Origin: an uncultured Thermoplasmatales archaeon
GTDB taxonomy: Archaea > Thermoplasmatota > E2 > DHVEG-1
Reading direction: 5' to 3'
Assembly: GCA_964391965.1 (NCBI GenBank)
Contig: CAYMOC010000003.1
Location: forward strand, 1 to 46,085
Length of the DNA: 46,085 bases
The notes under the pieces were generated by a model. It had not been told where the DNA came from. It worked only from the letters and a program-made list of their open reading frames with translations, and did not search any database. Of this stretch, positions 45,857 through 46,085 are shown one piece after another; position 1 is the first letter of the stretch; each line of letters begins with the position of its first letter. A program made the position numbers and the translations under genes.

Positions 45857-46085
45857 ATGATCACTGTTGAAAATCTTACTAAAAAATATGGAAAAATAAC
45901 TGCATTAAACAATGTTAGTTTAAAATTTGAAAACCAGAAAGTAATAGCCATCATGGGAGAGAATGGCGCTGGGAAAAGTACTCTTTTAAAAATTATTACA
46001 GGGATTATTCCATTCGATTATGGTCAAGTAAAAATAGATGACATATCAATAATTAGAAAACCTGTTGAGTCAAGAGAAAGAATTG
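45857..46085 (+). CDS. ABC transporter ATP-binding protein, 5-prime partial (runs off the window)
   Basis: MITVENLTKKYGKITALNNVSLKF...IMGENGAGKSTLLKIITG (Walker A). The ORF is still open at the window end. Confidence 0.8.
   Translation, partial: MITVENLTKKYGKITALNNVSLKFENQKVIAIMGENGAGKSTLLKIITGIIPFDYGQVKIDDISIIRKPVESRERI

Noticed and set aside
1-46085. A search for CRISPR arrays, transposases, integrases, rRNA or tRNA genes, and known defence-system components.
   Set aside because: I saw no regularly spaced direct repeats, no recombinase or transposase motifs, and no rRNA- or tRNA-like GC-rich blocks. The window looks like core chromosome plus secretome and envelope accessory genes.

Overview
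This is an AT-rich archaeal chromosomal segment. The archaeal hallmarks are TFB, aRF1, fibrillarin, ThrRS with the archaeal N-terminal editing domain, PurP and the archaeal-type mevalonate pathway. I can support about 46 tightly packed protein-coding genes. Many have GGAGG-like ribosome-binding sites and TTTATATA-like promoter boxes.

Gene content from left to right:
- two tandem OPT-family permeases flanking a PqqD-like ORF;
- an information-processing block (aRF1, beta-CASP RNase, TFB, RlmE/FtsJ, fibrillarin);
- a polyprenyl synthase, then glycine-cleavage T and H proteins, ThrRS, PurP and 5-formyl-THF cyclo-ligase;
- a secretome island at 17.0-24.3 kb (clostripain-like protein, three small secreted proteins, two PKD-like proteins, a papain-like protease);
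- a membrane/envelope-modification cluster at 24.3-29.7 kb (TM-anchored hexapeptide acyltransferase, transglutaminase-like exoprotein, two MprF-flippase-like UPF0104 proteins with one fused to a SAM methyltransferase, and a nicotianamine-synthase-like SAM enzyme);
- a translationally coupled archaeal mevalonate operon (mevalonate kinase, UbiD-type decarboxylase, LpdD-like small protein, aconitase-X-type dehydratase large and small subunits);
- an HD / CitF / citryl-CoA-lyase / fused-aconitase operon;
- ABC-2 transporter genes and further secreted proteins.

I recognised no rRNA, tRNA, CRISPR array, transposase or integrase.

The most interesting items are:
- the 24.3-29.7 kb cluster, as a candidate lipid head-group or envelope modification system next to the isoprenoid operon;
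- the CitF + citrate-synthase-fold lyase + aconitase operon, a possible CoA-transferase-dependent citrate module without ACP or CitE;
- the LpdD-like ORF embedded in the mevalonate operon;
- a shared C-terminal hydrophobic tail on three secreted proteins;
- two GC-rich intergenic islands that look like small structured RNAs.

All functional calls come from motif recognition by eye. No database search was run.
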